Source of the DNA: Lama glama
Taxonomy: Eukaryota
Length of the DNA: 64,000 nt
Assembly: GCA_028534125.1 (NCBI GenBank)
Contig: CM052817.1
Span: 91,018,001-91,082,000 of the forward strand
Reading direction: 5' to 3'
Every line of letters starts with the position of its first letter. Position 1 is the first letter of the stretch. This document shows positions 1 to 12,926 of this stretch, in pieces. Position numbers and translations under genes: made by a program. The notes beneath the pieces were generated by a model that ran no database searches, had not been told where the DNA came from, and saw only the letters and a list, made by a program, of their open reading frames with translations.

Positions 1-272
1 CAGATGTCCCTCACCCCAAGTTAAGAAACATTGTTCCAAGGCATGACTCCTGTATATAAAACATTATGAAACCCTGCTACCGTGGGGGAAATAAAAAGTT
101 AAGTTACAAATCTTTTTTCTGAATGATTTCACTGTGATGAGATAACCAAATATGAATAAATTTTTTTATTTCCTATAAAAAATGCTAATTACACTCTTTT
201 AAATCTTCGGTTGAGGGGTGGGGGCAATGTTTTGGGGGAGAAGGTAAATTTCTAAGCTGCATCTAAAATTTT

Positions 273-400
273 TAAATAAATTTATTTTTATTTTATTTAT
301 TTTTAATTTTACTTCTTTTTTTTAATGGAGGTACTGGAGATTGAACCCAGGATCTTGTCCATCCTAAGCATGCACTCTACCACTGAGCTATACCCCACCC
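273..400 (-). mobile_element. tRNA-derived SINE, camelid Vic-1 type
   Basis: Minus strand reads GGGTGGGGTATAGCTCAGTGGTAGAG (A box) ... GGTTCAATCTCCAGTACCTCC (B box) followed by an A-rich tail. Flanked by TCTAAAATTTT (262-272) and TCTAGAATTTT (401-411), a TSD with one mismatch. Confidence 0.9.
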
Positions 401-489
401 TCTAGAATTTTGTCTTAATTACCAAGAAAGTTGGGGAATTATGAGTTTACTATATAAATGCTAACAGTGTTGCAGGTTAAGAAAAATAA

Positions 490-1220
490 ACCAAGTGAAA
501 AGGGAAACAACAGGCAAGAATTCAAAATATACATAACAAAGATTAATGTTCAACAAATGAAGAGTCTACCAAATCAATTCTGTAAAAAATAAAAAACAAA
601 AACCACTGAGATTGTGATAAATAAGCAGCCAGAAGATGTATGCAAATAATCCACAAAAGAGGGCACTCAACAAGAGAATATTGATGAGAACTGGGAAACT
701 GTGTCACTAGAAATCAAGGAAAACTAAATACAACATGATTTTTGCCTATAAAACCAGGATCTTTTTTAACTAGGAAGATTCTGCACTGATAAGCATGAGA
801 AGAAAAAGACATACATACTGATGGAAGAACTTTTTAAAACCAATTTGGCAAAATTTAGTATGACTATTAAAAAACATTCACTTTGCATTATCTATCCTAA
901 GAAATTAATCCTAATTACTGGAAAAGCTTAAGAACTCTCATTAAAGCATTATCTACTATACTAAAAAATTGAATATCACCTAAATGTCCAACAAGGATTT
1001 TGCAGAGATGACTTGCGGCAATTGAACATAGTATTATGAAGCCCTAAAAAGTTACCTAAGAAAAAACAGGTACCAATATCATTCTAAAAGTATGATTACA
1101 TATATATATATCTTTTCCAAGGGGACTGGTGGTTTACTTTGGGGTAACTGGATTATAGGTGAAATTTTTCAGTCCCATTTTGTTTCTAAATTTTTTGTAA
1201 TGAGCCTGTATTATTTTCAA
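490..1220 (+). mobile_element. Ancient L1M (L1ME-like) 3' remnant
   Basis: Degenerate L1 motifs (caatttggcaaaa, cctaaatgtccaacaagg, atgagcctgtattattttc). Boundaries approximate. Confidence 0.5.
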
Positions 1221-2229
1221 AACAGTAAAAGTAAACTCATAAAATTTGATTCACTTTTCTAAAAGTGCAGCTCAGTATAGTTTAGACATTAAAATAAACT
1301 GGCTTCTCCGGCATGTTTTCTTCAGACTAAGCTGTTGTGAAAACATGCTCATCATTTGAAAGTTGACGGACGCCAAGGAAACCTAAGCTGCTCTAATTTC
1401 GGGGTCATCAGCCCAACCACGTCACAAACCAGGGGAAGGCAGGTTCTGGAATACCCTCAAAGGCCTGAAGACATTATTTTTCTCCCTTCTCTACCCGCTC
1501 ATATTTTTTACCGAATACATCAAATAGGCTCTTCTCCACACATCAATAGAAAATCCCAAGCAGGGAAAAGTAGTATCAAGTCAACTCATTTACTGAGATA
1601 ACAAATAAAATAGACTGTGAATACTTAGTGTATCCCCTTCCTCATTACTGAAGCCTGATCAGTATTTATGAATTATTACTCTGTTCCCTTTATCACATCA
1701 GATTCATGAGACATAAGAAGAAAGCAAAAGACAAGAAAAGATCTCAACTCTGAAATAGACAGTGATGTAACTAGGAAGTAGAGAAATGATATAGGTAGGA
1801 AGGTAGACAGATGTGAAATCACTTATTTCCTAACAATGCAATCCAGAAATTCATAGTATTTAGGACTGGAAGTTACTTTAAATACAGCTACTTCTACCTT
1901 TTCATTTTATATATGCTTTTGTGTCAAAATCAATAGACAGCCATAGGAGGTCATTGTGGACAGATGTCAAACCTGGCACAAACCTGGGGAGATCCTTAGA
2001 ATCAGAGTCTTGGATTAAATTAAGATATTAAATTAAGTGGTTAAAATGGTAGTGTAGTGCTTTGAGTTATCAAAAGCAGAATTCTTTACCTTCCTTCCTG
2101 AAAGATGGTCACCAAAGTGAGGTTGGAATTCTTTAAGAATTATCATTGATGCCTTCATCTCCACACCAAATTTCAGGTCATGTGAATTTTACTTTGAAAA
2201 TATCTTTTGCATCCATCCCGCCTTTTCTA

Positions 2230-2520
2230 TTCTCATCAATTAGATGAACATAGTAAGAAAAGAATAGCATTAGTCCAGGCAGGAAATGAAGATCTAGGCT
2301 GAGATGGTGACAATGAGAACGAAAAGGGGAAGATGGAGATGAAGAAAGACAAAGGACAGGAAGAGACTGATGATTGATTACATATAAATATGGTGCCCAT
2401 GTTTTCTGAACCCCCCAAAATGGGATATATGGCATGAAAATCATTAGGGCACTTTTGAGTTGAATGAGGCAGAGGACTAACTTAGAAAATCCATATAGAG
2501 GGATTTTTTTTTAAAGATGA
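2230..2520 (-). mobile_element. L2 fragment
   Basis: Purine-rich sequence typical of antisense L2 (tagtccaggcaggaaatgaag ... ttttgagttgaatg). Approximate. Confidence 0.45.
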
Positions 2521-2931
2521 AGATGGCTGGGAGTTACAGAACAGAAGTCAGGACGAGAGAGTGTGGAACCAGGAACAGGAAGACAAGGAAGCCCTCTCTA
2601 AACTTAAAGTACTTGGATATTTTCTTTTCCTATTCAAGCATGGTCTCTTCTGCTAGAAAGTGCTTTGTTAAACTGATCTGAGGTCGTTTCCATCCTCATG
2701 AGAAATCTGATGCAGTATTTCATCCTAAACATTATAAAACTTGGCATTAAAAGCTTCCCAAAGTCTATTTTCCCCTGGAGTCAGGTACCGTTTGTCATTT
2801 GCTCACACATTCCTTCTGGCAGACTGCTTTACAATGATTCCCACGGGCGGCCGAGGGGCTGAGAGCATCCTTCACACATGACTTTCCACTGCGTCCAGAG
2901 GCCAACAGACACAAGCAGAAAAGCAACTCAC

Positions 2932-3014
2932 CCCGTTATTGACGGCGTCTGCCATTTAGGGCACACCTGTGTTGTCTTCTCTTCTGATCCTTCATCTGAG
3001 TTTACAAGGTACCA
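2932..3014 (-). other. Candidate exon (83 bp) of an unidentified gene; alternative upstream acceptor at 3219
   Basis: Acceptor gttttgtttttcag|TGG and donor GGG|gtgagt on the minus strand in non-repetitive sequence. A second strong acceptor tttgtttgtttgtttcag|AAA lies at 3219. An ATG near the exon end would give MADAVNNG running into the donor. No homolog recognised. Confidence 0.45.
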
Positions 3015-4614
3015 CTGAAAAACAAAACTTGAAACCGGACAATAAGTTCTATATTAAAGTGCTCGCCCCTGTGAAACATTGATCTTTTTGTGTGTTTGCC
3101 CACGCCTATCTGTTCCAGAGAGATGGGGAGTAGTGAGTACACTCTCGGGGTGAAGACAGAAGACTTGTGAAAAAGGAATATGGGCAGTATTTTAACCATC
3201 AATATGCTGATTGCATTTTCTGAAACAAACAAACAAAAAAAGTTATTTATAGTCTGGAAAGTATTTTTTTATTCAATACCACAGAGGCCAAGAGAAAAGG
3301 AGTTTTGAAATTAAAACTGAAAAATCCGAGACATTGGTCAATGTAGCTATAGAGTCACATAGAAAACAGTCTTTATTTTACCTTTGATAAAAGGTTTTTT
3401 TAATAATAAGTTATTAAATTTGGAAGGAAAAAGGGGAAGAAGGTGTGTATCAGAATGTATATGTATCTTACAGATTAAATTAGCAAATTACCCTCTCTGT
3501 TTTTGTAAATATTGTACGAAGTCTAGAAGAGGAATTTTTTGGATTTTTTGGTCCAAAGCACAGCTCTCTAAATACTTTTAACCTACAGCCTAAAACAAAT
3601 ATTGAATACAAACCCACTTGGAAACTGAAGGAAGTATATAGAGTATACACTTTTTCTGTTGGAGAAATAGGGTGTAGAGAGACCCTAAGAACAAAGCACC
3701 CTAAAATAGCGGTTTGATAATCTTGTGGCCTTGATGGTGGCGTGTTTTATCCTTGGAATGCACATCTCAGGGCAATTACAGTTAGTGGAGGTTGTGGAGA
3801 CACAAGGAAACAGATTTCTAAACAAGACTTTTTAGCTGGTGTCTCTGAGAATATGAGATGAAGTTTCTGGTATCTGTTAATGGTATTGATTAAACCACAA
3901 TGCTTTTATATATCCAGAAAGTAGTGTATGTTTTAAATTTTTCTTTTCAATAAAGATTTTTCTGTACCTTCTGGCTCCCTTCTACGGAGGGGACATTTTT
4001 CTCTGCTCAAAGGGCTCCCACCTCTGAGCACCAAAAGTTGGGGGATTTCTGAACCTCGAGAGCAGGCTTTTGTGGTCGTTAAACCCATACCTGCACCTCT
4101 GACACCCGTCTCTCCCTACGTGACGTACATCTAAGGTGACGTACATCCCCTGAGGGAGGTAAGCCTGGCAGCAGGGCTCCCACATCCTCAGCTGTAACAG
4201 ACCTTGGGAACTCCATGGTCAGTGTTGAGGCATGGTCTTGTGTACCACACACTATGATCCTCTGATTTCAAGGAAATGGAAACTCCCACGTAGGGGAAAT
4301 GAGGACGCAGAGAACAGGATGCAGACTTAGAGTAACTCATTTTAAAAGTGGAACACCCAGCCCTCCTGCAGACCAAACAGGTCCCACCGAGTCCCAGAGA
4401 AAACGAGGCATATTCTCGAGGTCTCAAAATTCTAGGCAAGGGAAGAGGCTAGCATCACTCACTCAGTACCACAGCCATCAGAGTTACGTCCACACACAGA
4501 TAGGCTTGTGTTTTACTTGCTGAGTTCAAACAACAGGCCATTTCGATATTCTAGAAACTTTGCCCCCTGACATAGGTCTGTCTTAAATTATCACCAAGCA
4601 TAAATATCAATAGC

Positions 4615-4960
4615 TTCACCTTTCTAGAGGACAATTTGGCAAAAACCTTTCAAAAGGCTTTAAAATGTATATATGCTCTTGGACCCAGAAATTTCTCATC
4701 TAGGAATTTGTCCTGGAAAAAAAAATCATGGACTTAAGCAAAGATTTAGCTATAAGATGTTCAACCTGTATTTGCTTACAGTAGTAAAAAACTGAAACAA
4801 CCAAATGTCCAGCATTAGGGGGCTAAATAAATTCTACAATATTAGTATGAAATGTTATGTACCGTTTAAAAGTAATATTATGGGAAAATATTTTATGATA
4901 CAATATGTTAAATGAAAAAAATTATGAGACAATATGAACAGTATGATTCTGCTTGAGGAA
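4615..4960 (+). mobile_element. Ancient L1ME-like 3' fragment
   Basis: gacaatttggcaa ... ggacccagaaatttctcatctaggaattt ... ctgaaacaaccaaatgtccagca, typical of old L1M 3' regions. Confidence 0.7.
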
Positions 4961-7900
4961 GGCACTCTGAAACACATAAGTAAGCAAAATTGTAAAAATT
5001 AGAATCTTCATCAACTTGTTAATATTTTGGTGTAGTTTCTGAAGTGTGTACAAGCAATCTGGGCTATTATGAAAAGTAAAATAAAGTTTTTAATTACTAC
5101 TTTTAAATTTCTAACAATGAAATATTTCTCAATATTAATGATCAGCACAGCTGTTGGGAAAGGAGAAGAAAATGAACATGAGTTATTTCTACATGTGTTC
5201 TTTTTCATTTAATTTCATCCAAATGCAGGGTCAACCCAACTTGAATTGTCTCCTTTTGGTAGAAAGAAGATAATTAGAATGTATATTTTCTACAGGAGGA
5301 GGGAAATGCCTTGCTTTTGCTTTGACTCCTTTATCATTAAAACCCTAGAATTCAGATGACTTCCTCTATTTACTGGACTGGGTGAATGTGAAAGTTATTT
5401 TTTTCCAAGGGAAAGGTGTTAATTTGCATTACCTCTGATTACTCATTCAAAAGCCTCAGCCAGGTGGCTTCTGCTATATATTATGCAGTGAACTGTTGAT
5501 TATCTGTGGAGACAAGGACAGCACAAATAACAAAAATCCACAGAGAATACCCAAACTTCATTTTCGCCGGAAGTGTCAACAGTTTGCCAGAGTTGTTAGA
5601 AAGGAACAAAGCTGATTTGAGTTTTATCTCCCAACTCCCTTCCATCTGCTTGGGGATTATGCTAATAAGAAGCGAGATGACCAGCAGCAACGGTAGCCCT
5701 GGGTAATTCCTAGTCAGGAGAATTGGTTTCTGATTCATCAAGATTTGGCTGAATTGGAGCATGGACATACAGCTCTTGCCCAATAAGGAGCCTAAATATT
5801 CTTTAATATTCATCATCTAAAATTTTCCACTTATTTGATAACTTGTTTACTAGAGTTTACTTCATTTATGGAACTCAGTTCATATACGACCCCATTTCTG
5901 CCCTACCTGAACCATAAGTACACAGAATAAACAATGAACTCATTTCTCTTGGTCATCCTACCCTACCAAACTATCAGTAAAATTTCCAAATACATGTTAA
6001 TTGATAGCAATTACCATTTCACGTTCCAGATCAATCTATTCAAGCAATACACAATTAACCTAAAACTGAATAGCCTAAAATTATTAGGCTAAAACTTGGA
6101 AGAAAAGTGTGTCTTTCTGTGACCTTTCTTTGGTCAGTAAAGTCTACAGAAATTCTACACTCCTACATATTTACACACTTACATAAACCCTCATGATGTC
6201 CACGACTGGATTTAACAGATGTCTCTGACACTCCATAGGTCTACATATCTCATTTGAAATTTGAAATTAAGAAAGTTAAGGCAGGCCTGTTTAGACTTTA
6301 TGAGAAATATCACTTCTCTAAAACTGCTTTTCTTTGAGGGAGTATCACAAACTGACTAACAAGGATGTTAACCGCATTAACTTTTTAAGATTCTTTCCAG
6401 CCTCTGTCTTTTTTGAAATAACCATAAATTTAGATTGGTGGTTCATATGGCTTTTTTTCCCCCACAACAAATAAGAAGTAAGATAAATTGGACTAAAACT
6501 CTTTTATGCTTTACTGAGTAACAGCCAGTAATAAGGCAGGCTCGGAAAGCAGATTCTAATATCAGATGCATGGCATAGCTTTAAATATCTTCTCTTGCAC
6601 TGGATAACAGATTAAAAATCTGTTCCTTTACTAGGAGGTTCCAACTGCCTCTTCCAGACTTTTCATCAAGAACTTTTTGGTCTTTCCTTTTGTGAAGTGG
6701 TAAGACTTTCCTCACCGAGCTGATACAGAATTTGTGTTCCCCTCACAGGAAAATATTCTAACCTAAGGAAACACTAGGCATCCTGAAGAGAAACTGATTT
6801 AGGATTTGCTGATTTTCAACAATAAAATATTCCCTTTATTGTGAAAATTGCAAACCCTTGTTGCAAATCGGAGTAACCATCGCCTGGGATCACTATTTAA
6901 GTTCAAGAAGTTTCTCAGCTTCATAAAAATATGAAGATTAATTTGTATCAAAATTAAAATTCAGGAAAAAAATTACCAACGTAAATCTTTCTTAGCCTGT
7001 ATGTTTGCTTCCTGACTCAGACTTTCTTTAAACAATCGGATATCTTCTCCTAGAGTTCCGAGTGGTTTTCTTCTGTGGATGTGACTATTTCAAGTCAAGC
7101 TTCCTAGTCACTTTCTCAGTATCTCCCACAAGGCACCAGGTAGGAGAACCAAACCATTAAAACAATACACAATGATTCCTGAAATTCATTTCCTGATTTG
7201 GGGGTAACTTTTCTCCAAATTTTGTCACATTCTTAGAGCGATAAAAGTATTTTCTACCTAGAAACAATCCAATCAGACTTATTACAGTATTTCCACATCC
7301 CATAAAATTCAGTTGCAACATTTATTGATCTTTCGGGACCTCAACACATCCCTGGCATTTTCCAAAAATAAAAATTTCAAGAAGTAGGGTTGAAAAAGAT
7401 AGCATCCACCTAAATATGAATGAAGGTGTCATTTACGGACCACATACTCACCAGGTAATCATCACTCACATTAAGTAAAATAAATTCTAGCGATAACAAT
7501 AGGGAAAAGTATGCCCTCTGTGATAAAAATATGATGCCTTATTTTATGACGCAAATCTTTCCAGAGCTGGCACTGTTCTTTTCTTATTTTTATTTTTAAC
7601 ACTGTTCTTACTCTTTCACCTCATTTCAACTTATTGGCAGCAGTCCTGGACACTGAAAGCTTCAATTCCACAGTGAGCATGTATGCTTATCCCAGAATCA
7701 GCCTGAGCTCAGTGTCAGACCAAGGACTGATTCCCCCTCATGCACGCAGATGCCCAAGTCCCCTCACCGTTCCTCCCTTCCTCCCTTCCTCCCCTACTTT
7801 GTTCCAGAAATTAACTTCTGATTGTTTTTCTCAATCATGGGGGTTGGGAGGGGGAGGAAATTAGAGAACAGAGAGCTTTGTTTGTTCCCCTAACACAGCC

Positions 7901-8477
7901 AGTGTTTGGAAAATCATTTCATTGAGAGCACAGAAGATGGTATGCAGTTTAATAATAAAAAGAAAACAAACTGAAAATATGTGGGTCTCACATCAACTTT
8001 TATAAAGAAGTTGGAAATGATCATTTAAAATGAATTAATCAAATGCAGTTTGTGAATTAGGGGAGAAAAAAAAGACTCTTTATACAACTAAATGTTACCT
8101 TAGGTTAAACATCTACTGCTTCTCTGGCAAATAGGTGAAGCCAAACTTGTTTCTATCACATACACTTTTTACACTAAACTAGGTCCTTTGCTATTTTAAA
8201 AAAATTCAAAAAACACCCAGGGTAAAGAGAAGATAATTTCACATTCCCTGTGAGGAATATTCCCCTTTAAAAGCTGTGTTACAGAGGCAAAAGGAAATTG
8301 GGAATTGAGCAAAGGTCTTCTGATTTCATTAATTGTTAGCTATTTGAAAAATGCACACTACATCGAGTCTGTTTTTAATTTAAGCAATACTTGGGGCCTG
8401 AGATATCTAGATATCAACTTTTCGCTTGACTTTATGTGCAATCTTAACATGAAAAACCCTAATTAAGAATCTATCTT

Positions 8478-8706
8478 ACTACTATATATAAAATAGATAA
8501 ACGAGTTTATATTGTATAGCACAGAGAACTATATTTAATATCTTGTGGTAACCTACAATGAAAAAGAATGTGAAAAGGAATATATATGTATACGTATGAC
8601 GGAAACATTATGCTGTATACCAGAAACTGACACAACATTGTAAACTGACTATACTTCAATAAGAAAGAATGCAAATAAAAATAAAATAAATTTTAAAAAT
8701 TAAAAA
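8478..8706 (+). mobile_element. 5'-truncated L1 3' UTR (artiodactyl/camelid type)
   Basis: gtatagcacagagaactatatt ... acaacattgtaaactgactatacttcaata followed by an A-rich tail. Flanks aatctatctt / aatccatctt resemble a TSD. Confidence 0.9.
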
Positions 8707-8839
8707 ATCCATCTTGTTCCTTTCTTCTGCAAGTAAACTTCTTCAAAAAATCCGAAGGATTTCCTTTGCTGCCCTTTCTCTCCTACACTACGCAGGGCGG
8801 CTGCACAACCCCCACCGCTCCCTCCAACTGCTCTCACTA

Positions 8840-9180
8840 AGGTACCAGTGACCATCCAATTGCTAAATTTTTTAATACCCTCAGTCCTTAACCTATTTAC
8901 ATAGGCTGACCCTCACCCCTACAACTCATCCTTCAAAGACTGCACAAGTATGACATCCTCCATTGAAACCTTACCCAACCCACACCCCAGTGGCGACCAG
9001 GGAATACCATCCTCTGTGCTCCTGGAGAAGCTTTGCCTGTTCTAAGAGAATTTCCATGCCGCAAGGTACCCATTTTTATCTCCCCCACTGACTATGAGCA
9101 ATGCCAGTGCAGAGGGGTTTAGATTTATTTATCTTTATATCCACATCACCCACCCAGTGTCTAGAGTTGGTTGGATAACC
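8840..9180 (+). mobile_element. L2 3' fragment
   Basis: ctcatccttcaaagactgcacaagtatgacatcctcc ... tttatctttatatccaca ... cccagtgtctag. Approximate. Confidence 0.5.
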
Positions 9181-10757
9181 ATGCCAGTTTTTTTGATCTC
9201 AGGAAGCAGAGCTCAGAGAGCCCTGGCCATGCTACCTGGAAGCTCTCTCTCACGGCGTGTAGATGGAGATGTTTTGCCCAATTTCTTTTGAGGCACACTC
9301 CAGCCAAGTTCTCATCCACACATTCCTCACCCCAAACAAAGACGGTCCTATTTCAGACCACTGTGTCATCAATTATTTCAAAGCTCCTTTCGCACCTGAA
9401 ATGGAGCCTAAATAGAAGTGAGGTGCATGGTGACAAGGGGGCAGGAGAGGACAGCCAAAGCCTAGAAAGTTTCCAAAATCAATCCACTTTTTCCTGCCTC
9501 CTTCTCCCTCTTATGCAGTTTCATCTCTTTCAGAAGCACTGGCACCTCCTAGCCCTCTAATCAAGACAAATCTTTCATGCAGTAATTAAAATACAGCTCA
9601 TCTTCAAGGGGAACAGAAAAACAAAGGCTGAAACAATTAGCTGATGGTGCCAAACAGCATGGTTCACCCCCTCCTGCCCCCACCCCTCTCCCTCTCTCTC
9701 CCCTCTTCCTTCAATTGCTTGCTTTTAAGTATTTTCACAGGAAGGAAAACTTCATTCAGCTGAAAGGTAAGAAATGGCACAGACACTCAGACTAGGAAAT
9801 AGTTTAATTGAATTTCATATCAAAAATGTTTAGGACTGTTTAAGACAAACGTCAGCTGCTGGGCTGGAAATGCATTACACAAGAAAGGGAGTCAGAGATA
9901 CTTGCTGATCTGTTATCCTCGGGTTAGAATAGAATACCGCATTAGCATGCAAAGGACACAGGCTAGCAACACAAGAAAAGACAAGCTTTCCCAGAATGAA
10001 GACTGCAGAGTAGAGAGGTACATTGTACTAGTAATAACTCAGAAGGTGGAAAATGAACTTGTCCCTCATAAGGCTGTGTGTGCCTTGATTACATTAGCAC
10101 TACTTGCAATATTATGCAGTATCTTCATTCTTATTGTATTAGATTTTGAATAGTCTATAAAAGGCCAGTGTTTTATTTTGCTCCCTGAGCCACCTGTCTT
10201 TTCTACGACATCCCCTACCAGCACATTCAAGCATAAGCGTTCAGGTTTTCTAAAATCTTTTAACCATTGATGGCTGCCAGCAGTCAAATTAAATTCAAAG
10301 GGTTTAGTAGAGCTCCAGGTTTTAGCTATATAATTTACTAAGAATGCCCAAAGCTCTTGCAATCTAATTTGCAGTTCAGCAGTGAATACTATTTCCTAAC
10401 AAAATCTGCCTGAAATTTCCTTTTGAGGCTGCACACACTGGTGACACCTGTGTGTCTTCCTTCTGGCACCTACTCAAAAAAAAAAAAAAGAAAGAAAGAA
10501 AGAAAGAAAAAGAAAAAGAAAAAGAAAAACTTGCCAAAAGGGAATGATATACCACATGCAATGCAGGGTGGTGCAGGAAAAAGCATCAAGAGAATGGATT
10601 TGTTTTTATTGCTAGGCTGTCTGGGCCAGTTCAGCCACTCTGCATTTCTTTTTTAAGTTTAGATTTTTTTTCACTATCTTCTAAGTCCAATATTAGTGCT
10701 ATATTTATAGCTTGATTAGCAACCAACATAGGCTTAACCAAAATCATGGCTCTCTGA

Positions 10758-10888
10758 AAATAGATAGATAGATGTAATAGATTATAATAATAATAATAGA
10801 TACAGGTTATAGATGATAAATAGGATTGATAGGTAGACAGACAGATGATTAATAGATAGCTAGCTAGACAGACAGACAGATAGATACA
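10758..10888. repeat. Compound microsatellite (GATA/GACA/TAA)
   Basis: Interrupted tagatagata, taataataa and gacagacaga runs. Confidence 0.8.
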
Positions 10889-11144
10889 TGCTAGGAAGAC
10901 CAATGGAAAAAAACCAGGTTTGATCATTTCCATATCTCTATGGAAGTGGATTCGGTCTGTTTTCAGTGGCAGGCCAGAGTGTTAGTTCCTAATCCTGGGG
11001 CTAATTTCATTTCTGTCACTTAACCCTGAAGCACCATTGCTTTGTTCACTCTTACAGAAGGGAATAAAGCAGAAAGTGACTGTTAAAAGTCCAGAGCTAA
11101 TGAATAGTGTTGTTCTGTCTTCTAAAAAGACGGCCGTCTCTTAC

Positions 11145-11197
11145 CTGAGATTAAGACGAGGAATCCTTGAAGAGTGTTTTGTGACTCTTCTGTGAAG
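11145..11197 (-). other. Candidate 53-bp exon
   Basis: catttcatatttccag|CTTCAC ... CTCAG|gtaaga on the minus strand. Consensus donor and a plausible acceptor. Confidence 0.4.
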
Positions 11198-11220
11198 CTG
11201 GAAATATGAAATGTCAGTTA

Positions 11221-11273
11221 AGCCAGAAAGAGAAAGAAAAATACCATATGATATCATTCATATGTGGAATCTT

Positions 11274-11357
<84 letters not shown>

Positions 11358-11670
11358 GACACTATGAACTCATCTACAAAACAGAAACAGACGCACAGAC
11401 TACTTGCAAACAATCTTACGGTTATCGGGAAAAGGGGTTGGGAAGGGATAAATTTGGAAGTTTGAGATTCGCAAATGTTAGCCACTACATATAAAAATAG
11501 ATTTAAAAAAAAGTTTCTTCTGTATAGCACAGGGAACTATGTTCAATATCTTATAATAATGTGTAACGAAAAAGAATATGAAAATGAATATATATATGTA
11601 TATGCATGACTGGGACATTGTGCTGAACACCAGAAATTGACACGTTGTAACTGTACTTCAATAAAAAAAG
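11221..11670 (+). mobile_element. 5'-truncated L1 3' end containing a (GAAA)n microsatellite
   Basis: aaataccatatgatatcattcatatgtggaatct ... tgtatagcacagggaactat ... cttcaataaaaaaa. Confidence 0.9.
11274..11356. repeat. Perfect (GAAA)~20 tetranucleotide microsatellite
   Basis: Directly visible uninterrupted run. Confidence 0.97.
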
Positions 11671-12729
11671 AAGTTATTTAACATTTTTTTCTAATTTAAT
11701 CTCTCTTCCTGGTAAAGAGGAATTCTGATTCCTAGCCGTGATGACAAAGGTGCTAAGGAAAACGCAGCTAACAATCGCCAGGTAAAATCCAAACTCTTTC
11801 AAGCTTTCTTATCACAGAGATGGTGCTCACCACTAAAAAGATGCTATAGAAATAAAATCATGAGGCTGATTTAATTTAATTAATAAGTGGCATAATTTGG
11901 AAGCTCGTTGGAGAAGTCAGAGAGGCTGACTGTACCCACAACAGCGTTAATCATTCACCATCAAGCCAACTAAGTGTAACTCCAGAAGTCGAACCACCAG
12001 AGTATAAATGGAAAAAGCCAAGCTGCTAATGACTCTAATGATCTAGGTCTAGTTCCTGACGGCTCTCCTTCCACTTCGCACTCAATAGTCTCCTTTACAC
12101 CTTATAATAAACTCCGTAGTTTATAAAATTTGAAAATACTAACGTGGAAGCATTTTTAGTATTTTTAAAGCCTACCAACATATCAGCCCTTCTAAGGAAA
12201 AAAGAGGCATCCCAAGACAAAAGGAGCTTAGGGCTCCTAAGGCAATAAGAGCGAGTGCTCTCTCCCAGGTCACACGTCCCGTCCCTAAACCCTTCCCACC
12301 ACCTGCCGTGGCACCGCCCCCGGCGCCCCACCCCCACCCCCGCAGACTTCGGAGGCTGCTTCAGGTGTCCGCAACTATAGCAGAAAGTGAAACAAAAATG
12401 AAGGCCACAACATTTCAATTTTTCCTTTTGATAACAATGAAATAAAAAACATAACTAGTTCATAAAAATGAAAATGAATCTGCTTTTCAAGCATCACCTA
12501 GCTCCTTACTCCTAATGGAACCCACCTCCACCCACTTTAGCTCATAACAAGGAGCCGTGTTTGTTTGCAGAACACTGGACAGAAAATTAATGTAGTCAGC
12601 CGTTTGCTTGCCAATTAATTTAGTGAGGCAGCAACTAAGTAATCCAATTCTCTCAAGTCTGAGCATAAAAATATCAGCTGCATAGCTGCTCCCAGACAGA
12701 GGAGGAAGAAGAGAAGTAATTCGCATTTT

Positions 12730-12926
12730 TAAATACCTTCTACGTCAAGCACATTGGTCGCCCTTCCATGCATTACTTCATTTTCATCCTTACAATGACC
12801 CTGCAAGGGAGGAATTATCTCCATTTTACATAAATTCGCTTTGCATAGGAAATTTAAATAACTTCCCAAAGATCAGAGAACAAGTATGTGGGCATGCTGG
12901 GATGTATCCAAGGTCTCTCTGATGCC
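12730..12926 (-). mobile_element. MIR
   Basis: tcatccttacaatgaccctgcaagg ... attatctccattttaca ... aaataacttcccaaagatca (antisense MIR core). Confidence 0.75.

Noticed and set aside
325..400. tRNA gene calls for A/B-box sequences (also at 18118 and 48920)
   Set aside because: They have A-rich tails, occur as multiple diverged copies and two show TSDs, so they are SINEs rather than tRNAs.
11211..11530. KERK-repeat and FFLS-repeat ORFs
   Set aside because: Translations of the (GAAA)n microsatellite inside an L1.
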